IMG/VR virus record: IMGVR_UViG_3300036770_007242
Source of the DNA: an uncultured virus (IMG/VR IMGVR_UViG_3300036770_007242)
Lineage: Duplodnaviria; Heunggongvirae; Uroviricota; Caudoviricetes
Strand: one strand, 5' to 3'
DNA: 20,000 bases
Part shown: positions 8,464-16,595 of the stretch, one piece after another
Layout of the letters: each line of letters opens with the position of its first letter
How positions within the stretch are numbered: position 1 is the stretch's first letter
The notes under the pieces: generated by a model
The model's input: only the letters and a program-made list of their open reading frames with translations
The model's database searches: none
What the model was told of the DNA's origin: nothing
Translations under genes and position numbers: made by a program

Positions 8464-10035
8464 ATGGCAAATTCAGTAGATTTTCGGGCAGATCAAGTTC
8501 AAACAAGCAAGATTATTGTTACAGGCAGCACGCCTCAAAAAACCTTATTGATTTATGGTATTGATGCTGATGATGCCCCAGCCAATCAAGGAAATATCGA
8601 TCAAACAGTTTTTGACACATCCGTTATTGGTTCAGATGTGTTTTTGTTTGTATCTGGTGGTATCAATGCTAGAGGTGGCAGCGATCCTTGGATAACAGCT
8701 TTTGGTGGAGACTTGCATATTTCTGGAAATTTGACTGTTGATGGAACTGTTCCTGGTGGTCCAAGTTTCTTTACAGAAATAGCTTTAGATGCGATTCAAA
8801 CAACTGGTTCTGTTGCAATGACTTATCTTTCTGCATCAACAGGAGCAGAAATAACAGGAAGCTTAACTCAAGGCAGTGCAGGGAATGTGGCTTCTGGGCA
8901 ATATTCCCATGCAGAAGGCGGTAGCACAACAGCTTCTGGTGACAATTCTCATGCAGAAGGTTCTGGTACAACTGCATCAGGTAATTATTCTCACGCTGAA
9001 GGTTCTGGCACAACAGCTTCTGGCCAAAGTTCTCATGCTGAAGGTATTAGCACAAAAGCTTTTGGAACTGGTTCTTTAGCAGTAGGGCTAGGTACGGTTG
9101 CTTCTGGCGCTGTGGATGGAGGTGCGATTCAAACAACCGTTCAAGCGGCTTTTGGCAAGTATAACTTAGAAAATAACACTGATTCATTGTTTGTTGTTGG
9201 AGATGGTTTAAACTCATCAAATCGCCATGATGTTTTAAGAGTTAACAGTGGCTCTGTTCAAGTTACTGGATCTCTTGAAGTTCTTGGAGGAATAACTGGG
9301 TCACTTAGCGGAACAGTTGCTGGCAATCCTTTCATAGTTGCAGGCTCTAATATTACAGCCAGCTATAACTCTCTTGGTCAATGGGATATATCCACCACAA
9401 GTCCCCCAGCAGGACTTGATGGTTCGCTTAAGATACCATCTGATGCATCTTGGACTGTAGTTGGAACTGGCACTGCAACAGCAACCTCTGGAGAATTAAA
9501 TCTTTCTTGCGCTAGCGCATTTCCTGCTGGGACCATTGCAATGCTCACAACAGCGCCCACATCACCACATTTTTACGCAATTGAATTGCTTGCAAGAATT
9601 CAGTCCAACTCACTTTCAACTGGTGGTTCTGGGTATGCTTTAAGTCTTGGTTTTACAAACTCTGCACAAGATCGTGGTTATCGTATTCGTTTAGACCAAG
9701 CTGGAAATATTTCTGACAGAGTTAATACTGCTGGCACTTGGTCCTTTACCGGTTCATCATATTCTCCAGGTTTGTCTTGGAGTACTGGAACAACTTGGTT
9801 GAGAATGATTGTAACAAACGGTTATATCCAACTTTATTACGGAACAGGTGTTGGCACTACAATACCAACATCATGGAGTCTTGCCCACCTTGTTGCAACT
9901 CCAGATACAACCCTTATTAGGAATGGTACTCTTGACCGTTTAGAACTTCTCCTAGAACATTATAATGCAACAACAGGAACACTTGATATCGACGTATTTC
10001 CGTTCACTCGTTCTTTAATCACTAATCCAACCTGA
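8464..10035 (+). CDS. Putative tail fibre/adhesin-like protein with SHAEG repeats and a beta-sandwich-like tip
   Basis: N-module VDFRADQVQTSKII..IGSDVFLFVSG, four SHAEG repeats, DSLFVVGDGLN..RVNSGSVQVTGSL block shared with 4673, C-terminal domain shared with 7385. Confidence 0.75.
   Translation: MANSVDFRADQVQTSKIIVTGSTPQKTLLIYGIDADDAPANQGNIDQTVFDTSVIGSDVFLFVSGGINARGGSDPWITAFGGDLHISGNLTVDGTVPGGPSFFTEIALDAIQTTGSVAMTYLSASTGAEITGSLTQGSAGNVASGQYSHAEGGSTTASGDNSHAEGSGTTASGNYSHAEGSGTTASGQSSHAEGISTKAFGTGSLAVGLGTVASGAVDGGAIQTTVQAAFGKYNLENNTDSLFVVGDGLNSSNRHDVLRVNSGSVQVTGSLEVLGGITGSLSGTVAGNPFIVAGSNITASYNSLGQWDISTTSPPAGLDGSLKIPSDASWTVVGTGTATATSGELNLSCASAFPAGTIAMLTTAPTSPHFYAIELLARIQSNSLSTGGSGYALSLGFTNSAQDRGYRIRLDQAGNISDRVNTAGTWSFTGSSYSPGLSWSTGTTWLRMIVTNGYIQLYYGTGVGTTIPTSWSLAHLVATPDTTLIRNGTLDRLELLLEHYNATTGTLDIDVFPFTRSLITNPT
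8890..9057 (+). repeat. Four 42-nt tandem coding repeats (ASGxxSHAEGxxTT)
   Basis: Units of gcttctgg...tctcatgcagaagg...acaaca at exact 42-nt period. Confidence 0.9.
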
Positions 10036-10101
10036 TAATACACACAACCTTTATAGCCTAATAATATTTTGTTGCCGAATATCATGGATTATACTCATTC
10101 C

Positions 10102-11298
10102 ATGCAGCAACAATCTATTGCAACAATCACTGATATCGTTCTAAAAAACGAACTATACATTCTTCCTCTATATTCCATTAGAGAGAATGCTATATGTTCA
10201 TGCGGTAAAACAGATTGTTCTGCTCCCGGCAAACATCCTTTATTCCGCTACAACTGGAAAGTAATCGCATCAAATAAACCAGAAAAAATTCTTAACTGGT
10301 TTGAAGCATATAACAAAATGAACTTTGGTCTTGCTACAGGTAGACTATCCAAAGTCACAAACAAATATCTCATTGTCATAGATGTAGATGCACAAGAACA
10401 TCCATTCATCAAAACACTTCCAAATACCTTTTCATATAGAACAGGAAGTGGTGGACATCATTTTTGGTTTTGGTCAAAATATCCTATCAAAAACTCTGTG
10501 TCTCTTCTTGCCGATAAAGTAGATGTAAGAGGCACAGACGGCTATGTTGTTATTCCTCCCAGCAAACACAAAAAAGGAACGTATAACACCATTAACAATG
10601 TTGATATCGCTGACTTACCAAACGATATTCTTTCTGTGTTGCTAGCAAAATCACAACCAGTGATTGCTAAAAAGAAAACCAATGTTAAAGCAGTAGCAAC
10701 AGCAACAACAATAGAATACAGTAAATGGGCTAGTGAACCTGTACCAATCATTAGAGATATGATGCAAACAACACTAGTTCCTCAAGGAGTAAGAAACGTT
10801 GTAATGCATCGTTTGTTATCTTCTGACCGTGCCAAAGGTTGTCTCAAAACAAACCTAGAAACCAACGCAAGAAACTATATTAAGCGTTTTGAGAATCCAC
10901 AAACGTTTCGTAACGAGCTAGCAGCAATCATTAACTCTGTTATGACTTATCCAGCTTACAACAACAATCATGAAAAAATCAACGAACAATATGTTGCTTG
11001 GCTAAAGAAAAACTATAAAACCAAAACTCCACCAAAGGATTTGCTCAACACATTAACCACCCTTGATAACGAGTTCTTTGCCTTATTAGCGTCTTCTCCA
11101 AGGTCAACCAAGGGTTGTTCACTGGAGCAAGTACTTGACGCTAGAAAGGCGTATATGAGTTCTAAAGGGCATACAGATTTTGTGTCTAACTACAAGCTTC
11201 AGTTGCTTGCCAAAAAACTTATAAGTCTTGGATTTACAAAAACACGAACAGCAAAACGCAACGTTTGGAACATAAGCTTACCAAATACATGTTCTTAG
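10102..11298 (+). CDS. Bifunctional DNA primase/polymerase (Prim-Pol, AEP superfamily) N-terminal domain protein
   Basis: CSCGKTDCSAPGKHP, NFGLATG, VIDVD, TGSGGHHFWF, VDVRGTDGYVVIPPS, then a PriCT-like PQGVRN. The start is uncertain (10069 TTG, 10084 ATG or 10102 ATG). Confidence 0.88.
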   Translation: MQQQSIATITDIVLKNELYILPLYSIRENAICSCGKTDCSAPGKHPLFRYNWKVIASNKPEKILNWFEAYNKMNFGLATGRLSKVTNKYLIVIDVDAQEHPFIKTLPNTFSYRTGSGGHHFWFWSKYPIKNSVSLLADKVDVRGTDGYVVIPPSKHKKGTYNTINNVDIADLPNDILSVLLAKSQPVIAKKKTNVKAVATATTIEYSKWASEPVPIIRDMMQTTLVPQGVRNVVMHRLLSSDRAKGCLKTNLETNARNYIKRFENPQTFRNELAAIINSVMTYPAYNNNHEKINEQYVAWLKKNYKTKTPPKDLLNTLTTLDNEFFALLASSPRSTKGCSLEQVLDARKAYMSSKGHTDFVSNYKLQLLAKKLISLGFTKTRTAKRNVWNISLPNTCS

Positions 11299-11424
11299 GA
11301 AGTAAATCATTTCTTCTCCATCAGGCGTAACAATCAAATACAAAGCCATGATGGAAAATGATAGAAACAAAATCAGCAAGTTAACTATGGTTTCCTCGTC
11401 GTCAAAATCAAAGAAACTTATCAT
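11278..11424 (-). CDS. Small membrane protein (48 aa)
   Basis: MISFFDFDDEETIVNLLILFLSFSIMALYLIVTPDGEEMIYFLRTCIW has one hydrophobic helix, fills an otherwise empty gap and is preceded by CTACCTAT on the minus strand. Confidence 0.5.
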   Translation of the reverse strand: MISFFDFDDEETIVNLLILFLSFSIMALYLIVTPDGEEMIYFLRTCIW

Positions 11425-11467
11425 AAAACGCTGTAATAATAGGTAGTTTAAAAAAAGAGAAAATACT

Positions 11468-11496
11468 TTTAGATATTTCCTGTTAGATGATATTCT
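11468..11496 (+). promoter_or_regulatory. Sigma70-like promoter (extended -10), probably leaderless
   Basis: TTTAGA (11468-11473), 17 nt, TATTCT (11491-11496) with TG at 11488-11489. An A-tract lies upstream, the ATG is 6 nt downstream, and there is no SD. Confidence 0.55.
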
Positions 11497-11502
11497 AGGT
11501 AC

Positions 11503-12615
11503 ATGAAGACGACGACCACCAAGGCTCTTCCGACCAACTCCAACAAGATTGCCAAGCTTGTTGCGTCTCTTGGGGGCATCACCCGTTCTTGCAACGATGT
11601 GCGTCATTGCTCTCGTTGCAATCAACCTCTGACTGATCCTGCATCGTGGGAGCGTGGTATTGGTCCTGTTTGTGCCAAGAAGGATACGCAAATCTTTGCA
11701 AAGACTATTCCTGCAAACTTCACGCTTGCCACTGCTCATGCGGTAGGTGTGAATACGGATATTCTGCCCGTTGCACTGCGTCCTGTGTGGACTGCACTGC
11801 ATGACTTTCTCTTTGAGAAGAGCGAGTCTGCTATGAATGCCGCTGCTAATGCTGGCACCTTTACCTTTCATTTCTCTGGTGAGGATTGCAGGCAGATTGC
11901 CAAGGTTATCGATTTCATGCTTTCGTTTGCGATGGATCGTGATAACAAGCACCATCTTATTCAGATCGTGAAGCATCTTGGTTTTATCGGCCTTGCTGGT
12001 GTTCTTTCTGGTCAGAGTTCTACGGGTGAGGCAGAGCTTAAGTTTGAGAATGGCAAGCTGTTTCTTACTGGTTCCAGCAATAAGGCTGGATTCAATGCAA
12101 TGCGTGTGATTCCCGGTATCGTTGTTCCTCGCAAGCGTGGTGGTGGCGCTTATGAGGCTCCTGCTGCTCAGTACGAGAAGTTTATCGCTGCTTGCATGGA
12201 GTTTTGGCCTTGTTTTGACGGCAAGGTTGACGAGATTGTTGAACAGTGCAAGGCATGGATTGCTGCTAATCCTGTTGCAGTTGCTGCGCAGAAGCAGCTT
12301 ACTGGAAAGCCTGTTGCCAATATCATTAACCGTTCAAACGACTTCACCCTTGGTTTTGCTTGGGACAACACCGTAACTCGTCGTCTTATTGAAGAGATTA
12401 AGACCATTCCGTCGAAGGAGCGGTCATACGACATGGCGAGCAAGCTTTGGACCATTCGGAATCAACACAAGGCAAAGATTGTTGAGTTGTTTTCCAAGCA
12501 CTACGATATTCTTGAGGCTGATGGTGGTGAGTCTCCTGTTGCGGCTGCCAAGCCTGCTTATCGTCCTAACTACAGTGGTCGTGGTTATGGGCGCAACTAC
12601 TACTATTTTCGTTGA
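11503..12615 (+). CDS. DUF6011 zinc-finger protein with C-terminal HARP-like segment(s)
   Basis: CSRCNQPLTDPASWERGIGPVCAKK is the DUF6011 signature. FAWDNTVTRRLIEEIKTIPSKERSYDMASKLWTI resembles the HARP-like F.YD..LV..IK.IP..R.WD...K.W pattern. Ends in an R/G/Y-rich tail. Confidence 0.75.
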   Translation: MKTTTTKALPTNSNKIAKLVASLGGITRSCNDVRHCSRCNQPLTDPASWERGIGPVCAKKDTQIFAKTIPANFTLATAHAVGVNTDILPVALRPVWTALHDFLFEKSESAMNAAANAGTFTFHFSGEDCRQIAKVIDFMLSFAMDRDNKHHLIQIVKHLGFIGLAGVLSGQSSTGEAELKFENGKLFLTGSSNKAGFNAMRVIPGIVVPRKRGGGAYEAPAAQYEKFIAACMEFWPCFDGKVDEIVEQCKAWIAANPVAVAAQKQLTGKPVANIINRSNDFTLGFAWDNTVTRRLIEEIKTIPSKERSYDMASKLWTIRNQHKAKIVELFSKHYDILEADGGESPVAAAKPAYRPNYSGRGYGRNYYYFR

Positions 12616-12634
12616 AAGGATATAGGTGAGAGAT

Positions 12635-12718
12635 ATGTTTCTTACGTTTGGAATGTTTTGTGTTGGTTTTGCTCTTGGTACGGTTCTGTTCCGAGTTGGA
12701 AAAAATTTGCGGAAGTAG
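12635..12718 (+). CDS. Small single-TM peptide (27 aa)
   Basis: MFLTFGMFCVGFALGTVLFRVGKNLRK*, with SD-like AGGTGAG at 12624-12630. It lies between the DUF6011 gene and the terminator. Confidence 0.55.
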   Translation: MFLTFGMFCVGFALGTVLFRVGKNLRK

Positions 12719-12744
12719 AAAAAATCTAGTTTAGATACCAAAAC

Positions 12745-12776
12745 GACCTTGATAGGGTGAACCTATCAGGGTCTTT
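12745..12776 (+). terminator. Rho-independent terminator
   Basis: GACCTTGATAGG-gtgaa-CCTATCAGGGTC forms a 12-bp stem (one G-U), then TTT. Confidence 0.75.
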
Positions 12777-12801
12777 GTCTATTTAACACAAAGGAGAAAC
12801 A

Positions 12802-13332
12802 ATGAGTAAAGAAACTAATGATGTTGATATTCGCAAGTTGTACGATCAAATGAAAGACGAATTGCGCAGCGTTGTTTATATTGCTGTTGCGGTTGGCGGG
12901 GCGTTTGGTGCTTGTGCTAGTCTAGCAATTACCGGTTTAAGTGATACAAGTCGCTTGGTTTTGGTTTTTCTAGGAATTGTTTTTGGTTTCCATCTTGGGA
13001 AACTTCGCAAGCAAGACCTGTATGAAAAAAGCTTGTTGCTATACTACTTCATGGACCTGCTTCCAAAAACAACAGCAGAAGAACCAAAAGATGTTGTAGA
13101 AGAAACACCTGCACCTGTTGAGGCTACTGCAACTGATGCTGCAACTGAAACAAAAGTTGAAGAAGCTAAAACCACTCAGGAAGTAACACCAGAAGCAACT
13201 CCTGTTGTTGCGGCTGAAGAAACTAAAACTGAAGTAGCTCCAGCACCACCCACCACAGAACCAACAAAACCCGAAATAAAAACCGTAGTTAAAAAGACAA
13301 GAGGAAAGCCAGTAAAGCTTTCCTCCAAGTAA
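12802..13332 (+). CDS. Membrane protein with two TM helices and an E/T/P/A/K-rich disordered tail
   Basis: Hydrophobic VVYIAVAVGGAFGACASLAI and LVLVFLGIVFGFHLG, low-complexity C-terminal half, SD AGGAG. Confidence 0.75.
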   Translation: MSKETNDVDIRKLYDQMKDELRSVVYIAVAVGGAFGACASLAITGLSDTSRLVLVFLGIVFGFHLGKLRKQDLYEKSLLLYYFMDLLPKTTAEEPKDVVEETPAPVEATATDAATETKVEEAKTTQEVTPEATPVVAAEETKTEVAPAPPTTEPTKPEIKTVVKKTRGKPVKLSSK

Positions 13333-13355
13333 CAAACTATAAATGTCTTAATTGC

Positions 13356-13601
13356 TTAAGCTGAAGCAACTGTATTTCTCATATCTTCTTTAATCGTTTC
13401 AACTTCGGCCAACATCTTTTCAATGTTGGCCTCAAAGTTTTTCTTGTATTCTTCAGTCAATACAACAGTTCCATCATCTGCTTGTGTTACTCTAACAAGA
13501 CGTAGGTTATCTGCTAGGTTTGTTCCTGTTAGTAGTGCCAGTTGTAGAAGCTTGGCTAGCTGTGCAATAAACTCATCGCTTAAACTATATTGTTGACTCA
13601 T
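13356..13601 (-). CDS. Small hypothetical protein (81 aa) downstream of dnaJ
   Basis: Start reassigned to ATG 13601 (MSQQYSLSDEF), which has GAGG upstream and overlaps the dnaJ 3' end by 17 nt. Confidence 0.7.
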   Translation of the reverse strand: MSQQYSLSDEFIAQLAKLLQLALLTGTNLADNLRLVRVTQADDGTVVLTEEYKKNFEANIEKMLAEVETIKEDMRNTVASA

Positions 13602-14574
13602 TATTTGATACCTCTCTGCTGTATAGATTGGCAAGCTGCTCAACGATTGTTTTATGCTCTTCCGAGATATTCTCTGGAAATTCTATATGTGTGGAAATAA
13701 ACAAGTCTCCACGTTCATTAACAATAGGCGAGGAATACAAACCTTTGCCTTTGATTCTAATCATTTGTTTTTCATTCTTTAACGGCGGAAACTTAACACT
13801 TATTTCCCCACCTTCAATCAAACCTATCTTGTGTGTTCCACCTAGAACAGCAACATGATAAGGTATTCCAACATTCATAACCAATCTACCTTCAGCACCA
13901 AGCTTTATGTTCTCTGGATAATTTACTGAGACAGAGGTTACAACAGGACCATATGGTGTATTTGATTGTAGTTGTGTGTTAGAGAATATACCTTTCGGAA
14001 TTGTAATTTTTACTTCTTTGAAGTCCTCGGTTAATCCTGCACCTTTACATTGTTCACAGGGAGCATATCTTATTCCAGTTCCTGAGCACATGTTACAACC
14101 GTGTCCACCACATGTTGTACATCTTCCACCTTTACCAACAGCCGTACCATAACATTTAGAACACTTTGTTTTGATTGCTATATGCACAAAGCGTTCGTGT
14201 TCAGCTAAAGTTTCTGATAAAGATATTGTTACAGATGCTTTGTGGGGTATTGGTTCTTTTTGACGTATTGGTGTGCTTCCAAATAAATCATTAAACATGA
14301 TATCTGGATGAACAAAATTTGTTGATGCTTTTCTTTTTCTGGTTTGTTGTTGGTCGTAGACTTGTCTTTTTTCTGTAGAGCCTAACGTTTCATAAGCAGC
14401 ATTTACTTGCTTAAACTTAGCTTCAGCTTCTGGATTGTTTTGATTACGATCTGGATGATATTGTAGTGCTTTTGCTCTAAATGCGGCTTTAATTTCATCT
14501 TGAGTTGCGTTGTTATTAACGCCTAGTAAGTCGTAAAAATTCACGGTATTGATTCCATTGTGCGAAGCGGTCAT
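13585..14574 (-). CDS. dnaJ: DnaJ (Hsp40) co-chaperone, compact type-I architecture
   Basis: J-domain FYDLLGV..IKAAFRAKALQYHPDRN..AEAKFKQVNAAYETL, four CxxCxGxG-type repeats, C-terminal IRIKGKGL..RGDLFI..FP. The start could be GTG at 14544. Confidence 0.93.
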   Translation of the reverse strand: MTASHNGINTVNFYDLLGVNNNATQDEIKAAFRAKALQYHPDRNQNNPEAEAKFKQVNAAYETLGSTEKRQVYDQQQTRKRKASTNFVHPDIMFNDLFGSTPIRQKEPIPHKASVTISLSETLAEHERFVHIAIKTKCSKCYGTAVGKGGRCTTCGGHGCNMCSGTGIRYAPCEQCKGAGLTEDFKEVKITIPKGIFSNTQLQSNTPYGPVVTSVSVNYPENIKLGAEGRLVMNVGIPYHVAVLGGTHKIGLIEGGEISVKFPPLKNEKQMIRIKGKGLYSSPIVNERGDLFISTHIEFPENISEEHKTIVEQLANLYSREVSNNESTI

Positions 14575-14635
14575 ATATATGAATAGAATGTACTACTAGG
14601 TATCTAGTGGTAAAAACACTAAAAAGATCAATGAT

Positions 14636-16585
14636 ATGGCATATGATTTTAGAGCATCACAAATTAGGACAAATAAAATCATCGCTTCTGGTTCAACAGG
14701 TACCAGCGCATCCATATTGTTATACGGTTCTGAACACGACGGTATTCCTCCATTAGTTGGTAACATTGCTGACACATTTCCTACAGGCAGCATTGGTGGA
14801 GATACATTCCTATATGTCTCTGGTTCAGAAAATAAACGTTCTGTTTTTGGTGGAGGATTGACATTATCTGGCACTGTTGTTGCTTTGCAAGGTTTACCAT
14901 TAGGCCAGAATCTGTCAGACGAAACTTATCAAGAAGGTTTGTTTGAAACTTGGACAGCAACCACAACAATAGGCCACGCCGTAAAAGAAATAAATAACCT
15001 ATTAAAAGCTCTTGCACCTTCTAGACCACCATTTCTTTCCTCCTTATCTTCTAACAACACAGGCAACACTGGAAAATTAATGGTGGATGACGCACATCCA
15101 TATAACGAACACTTTCCTGTTCCTGGTAAGAGTGTTGATGAATTATATGCTCCAGCCACAAACATTCTTGGTATGTTTCAAAGTGGGTCTTCATTGTCTG
15201 GTAAGCTTGCAGACAATGTTGGTATAGGTCCAGGTTCACCATTTGCGGCTTATTCAACTGGTTCTCTTAATAAAGGTGATACAGGAACATTAAAGCTTTA
15301 TGTTAACGATGTTGTTGTTAAGACTGTTAACCTTGCTACAGAAGGTGCTGTAAACGATTTGGTTACAGGCTTTGTTTTGTCTACCACCCAGAGTGTATTG
15401 TTTCCAACCACAGGTATTCCGTTTGAAGGATTTAAATATCGTACTGGTTTATGGAAGATAGGTTCTGACAATCAAAACCGTGGTTACAACAAAATGAAGG
15501 TTGTACATGAGTTTAATGGTTCAGTCTATACAACCAATGAGCTTGAATGGTTTATTGATGGTGAAGGTGAAAACATTGTTTACGAGAATGAACAAACAGC
15601 AAATTTATCTCTTACAGGAACCAAATATCTTTCTGGAGTAAAGTATTACACAGGCGGTTCTTTCAAATATTTTGTTACAGGTTCAAACGTATATGATGGT
15701 AGCGTATATAGTCATAACTTAGTTCAATATACAACCAACTACGGATTACAGTCTGTAAGTTCTGAATATCTTCCTGCTGCTGGTGGAGACAACACAAAAC
15801 TCTTTGAAGTTGACAAAAACGTTTTGTTTCAAACTTCTGGGATAAGACTTATAGATGGTTCTGTTTCTATTCGCACAACCATCCCAACAGTGTTTGGCCC
15901 ATCAATTCAAAGTTCTGGTGTTGGAATAAGTCATGTATTGATGGACAATGTTTCCAGCACATCAACAACCACGAACGAAACATTTACATCAGAAGAATAT
16001 CGTTTACCATCAAACGTAGACTCTTCTGATAAAACATTAACAACAAGTTTATGGGACAGTTCTATATCTCTTGTTCAATCTTCGACTGCTGGATACAATG
16101 ATGGGTTGCAAGTTGGCGAGGGTAAGCTGCGAGTAGGAACAGTTAACTGGAGTGCTATAGCTAATGGTCCTGCTGGTAATGTAGATTATAGCACAGGAAT
16201 GGGCACTGGTGACAGAACATATTATCGTATGTTTATTGGTTCAGCTGGTGCAGCAAACTTTGTTTTAAGATTAAATGGTTCTGGGGCTGTTATTGTAAAT
16301 GTGGTTGATATATTTAGTGCAGCCAATCAGATGAAGGTGGAGTTTAAAGCTCCAACACAAACTGGTTGGTTATGTGCATATGATGATTTTATTGGTGGAC
16401 AGTATGACGATGGTGACGGTGGCCGAGCAGCATCGTTTGGAGCAGGAAGAGCGTTAAATGCAGATTGGGGTCTTACTATTGGAGTAAAAAATATAGTCAA
16501 CTCAAACCATAGGGTATATCTTAAAATCACGGTGCCCTATAACTTTTCTGGTTATCTATCTAGTATTTTGTTTACCTTTTTGTGA
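14636..16585 (+). CDS. Putative virion structural protein carrying the shared N-module
   Basis: N-terminus MAYDFRASQIRTNKIIASGS..SIGGDTFLYVSGS..SVFGG is homologous to 4673 and 8464. The rest is a G/S/T/aromatic beta-rich body unrelated to the other paralogues. Confidence 0.65.
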   Translation: MAYDFRASQIRTNKIIASGSTGTSASILLYGSEHDGIPPLVGNIADTFPTGSIGGDTFLYVSGSENKRSVFGGGLTLSGTVVALQGLPLGQNLSDETYQEGLFETWTATTTIGHAVKEINNLLKALAPSRPPFLSSLSSNNTGNTGKLMVDDAHPYNEHFPVPGKSVDELYAPATNILGMFQSGSSLSGKLADNVGIGPGSPFAAYSTGSLNKGDTGTLKLYVNDVVVKTVNLATEGAVNDLVTGFVLSTTQSVLFPTTGIPFEGFKYRTGLWKIGSDNQNRGYNKMKVVHEFNGSVYTTNELEWFIDGEGENIVYENEQTANLSLTGTKYLSGVKYYTGGSFKYFVTGSNVYDGSVYSHNLVQYTTNYGLQSVSSEYLPAAGGDNTKLFEVDKNVLFQTSGIRLIDGSVSIRTTIPTVFGPSIQSSGVGISHVLMDNVSSTSTTTNETFTSEEYRLPSNVDSSDKTLTTSLWDSSISLVQSSTAGYNDGLQVGEGKLRVGTVNWSAIANGPAGNVDYSTGMGTGDRTYYRMFIGSAGAANFVLRLNGSGAVIVNVVDIFSAANQMKVEFKAPTQTGWLCAYDDFIGGQYDDGDGGRAASFGAGRALNADWGLTIGVKNIVNSNHRVYLKITVPYNFSGYLSSILFTFL

Positions 16586-16595
16586 TTGAGTTCCA

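Noticed and set aside
8890..9057. CRISPR array
   Set aside because: The 42-nt units are in-frame degenerate coding repeats with no unique spacers.
4673..10035. Diversity-generating retroelement acting on fibre tips
   Set aside because: There is no reverse transcriptase in the window. Repeat pairs lie inside coding regions and differ mostly at synonymous sites, not specifically at adenines.
4673..10035. Bacterial trimeric autotransporter adhesins
   Set aside because: No signal peptides and no C-terminal YadA beta-barrel anchor are visible. The context is phage-like.
4673..10035. Invertase-driven shufflon
   Set aside because: All paralogues are in direct orientation, and no recombinase or inverted crossover sites are seen in the window.
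11425..11976. Full 232-aa minus-strand ORF
   Set aside because: Most of it is antisense to the DUF6011 gene and its promoter. Only the last 48 codons look like a real gene.
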